DNA of 64,000 nt, from NCBI GenBank assembly GCA_013265495.1, contig MU057887.1, positions 2,017,576 to 2,081,575 of the forward strand, given 5' to 3'. This document shows positions 62,610 to 64,000 of this stretch, piece after piece; positions within the stretch are counted from its first letter, which is position 1; each line of letters opens with the position of its first letter. The notes beneath the pieces are model-generated. The model ran no database searches. It was not told the origin of the DNA and saw only the letters and a program-made list of their open reading frames with translations. Source of the DNA: Vicugna vicugna (Eukaryota). The translations under genes and the position numbers were made by a program.

Positions 62610-62780
62610 TCTGAACTCCTTACGTGTATAAATTGAATCATGAGGTAAGTACTGGCACCCACTCTTCAGAACTGAGTCTCAGAAAGACTGATTTGCTTTC
62701 CCGAAGTTCTGGCCTGGTTGTGTGTTGCACAGAACGGGGCTCGCACCAGGCAGCCTGGCTCCAGTGCCCACATTCATGCC
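62610..62780 (-). mobile_element. MIR relic
   Basis: tgaggtaagtact...aactgagtctcagaaag...gatttgc...caggcagcctggctccagtgccca. Confidence 0.55.
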
Positions 62781-62992
62781 ACTGCTGCCTCTGCTTCTGG
62801 AAGGAGGGCAGCACTTGTGTTACCTCCAAGGTCACACTGCCTGCTTGGCCCAGGCGCACCCTCTGTTTCATCCTTTTATAGATCCACAGAGAGGGTTCCA
62901 CAAGCACTACCAGATGGCAGCCCACAACACCCCAACTTTGAACAATTTGAACTCAGTTTTATTAATAAAGTGCCGCTAATGAATCAAGTCCC

Positions 62993-63371
62993 TGTGTTAG
63001 TGTCCTAGGGCTGTTGTGACAACTAACCACACACGTGGTAGCCTAAGGCAACAGAAGTTTATTCTCTCATCGTCTGGAGCCCAGAAGTCAGAAGTCAAGG
63101 TGCCGGCAAGGCCACCTCCCTCCGGAGGCTTCAGATGTTCCCTGGTTTGTGGCAGCATCACTCAGTCTCTGCCTCTGTCTTCACGTGGCTTCCTCTCCTA
63201 TGTCGCAAACCTCCCAAGCCTTTCTCCCCTGAGGGTTTGGGGCCCCTGTAAACCCAGGATGAACTTGTCCAAGATCCCTGTTGGTTCCGTCTCCAAGTAC
63301 GGTCACACTCACAGGGTCCTGGGGTTAAGACACTGACACATCTTTTGAGGGCCACTACCTAACCCACTACA
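62993..63371 (-). mobile_element. MaLR solo LTR (MLT1C-like) with near-perfect 5-bp TSD
   Basis: tgtgttagtgtcctagggctgttgtgac...caacagaagtttattctctc...gaagtcaaggtg...cccactaca; flanks gtccc (62988-62992) / ggccc (63372-63376). Confidence 0.85.
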
Positions 63372-64000
63372 GGCCCCAGATGAAACTTCTGCCCAAGCTC
63401 AGCCAGGAGGGCCTCCTCCAGAGTCTGGGTGGTGCCGGGCGGGGGAGCAGTCTCTGGGCAGGGAGGGTTGGTTCAGCACGTCCACGCGGGGGAGGAGGCA
63501 GACCCCAAGCTCCAAGGGGTCCACACTTCTCACTTTCCAAAGGTCAGCGGGACACATGTGATGATCCAGCTCCGGCCCTTCACCTGTGGTGCTGAGCTGG
63601 GAGGCAGTCACGGTGTTCACCAGGGGTAGCGACAATCCCTCCTTGCTGTGGCCATGGCATGGACCCCTCTGGATCCTGAGATGCTGAGTTCCTGGATGTG
63701 AGCTCGAGGTTGAGTTGGGATGGTCCTAAGAAGCTAGGGACTTGCCTGTGTCCTGATCTTCCAACCGGACTTCCTGAGGGAGTGATGCCCAGAAGGCCCT
63801 GATCCAGAGAGCTCTGCGGATCTACCTTTTGTAGTCTGCTCACTTAGCCATGCTTACAGAGAAAGAAGGAAAGAAAAAGTGTCCGTGGGTTCTGCCAAGA
63901 TTTTAAGAGAAAACCTTTATAATCCAGTATCTTGGTTTCCAGTGAAGTTTGATTGAATTGGGTTGGTTGATTTTTAAGGTGTGAAGGCCACAAGCAAGGG

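Noticed and set aside
1..64000. Prokaryotic-type systems (CRISPR array, operon, defence island, prophage) or an intact provirus
   Set aside because: Sequence is mammalian (LINE, SINE, MaLR content); no repeat-spacer array, gene-dense tract or gag/pol/env seen; LTRs are solo and from different families

Overview
Mammalian, GC- and CpG-rich, non-coding genomic DNA (intron or gene desert). Two tRNA-derived SINEs resembling the camelid Vic-1 family suggest a camel, llama or alpaca. I recognise no protein-coding exon, RNA gene or CRISPR array; the many six-frame ORFs are low-complexity products of high GC content or degraded TE sequence. The explainable structure is interspersed repeats: old L1s (a near full-length + strand copy at ~52-59 kb and a nested - strand stack at 7.3-12.6 kb), several 5'-truncated L1 3' ends, MaLR, ERVL and ERV1 solo LTRs (some with target-site duplications), MER33, L2 and MIR relics. 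Two local tandem duplications (137 bp and 686 bp) lie inside L1s. About a dozen short, AT-rich, apparently TE-free islands are dense in homeodomain, HOX and forkhead motifs and look like conserved non-coding enhancers of a developmental gene outside the window. Old TEs show patchy AT-to-GC/CpG remodelling consistent with GC-biased gene conversion. I found no convincing new biological system. TE family names come from recalled consensus similarity, not a database search, and boundaries without a TSD are approximate.
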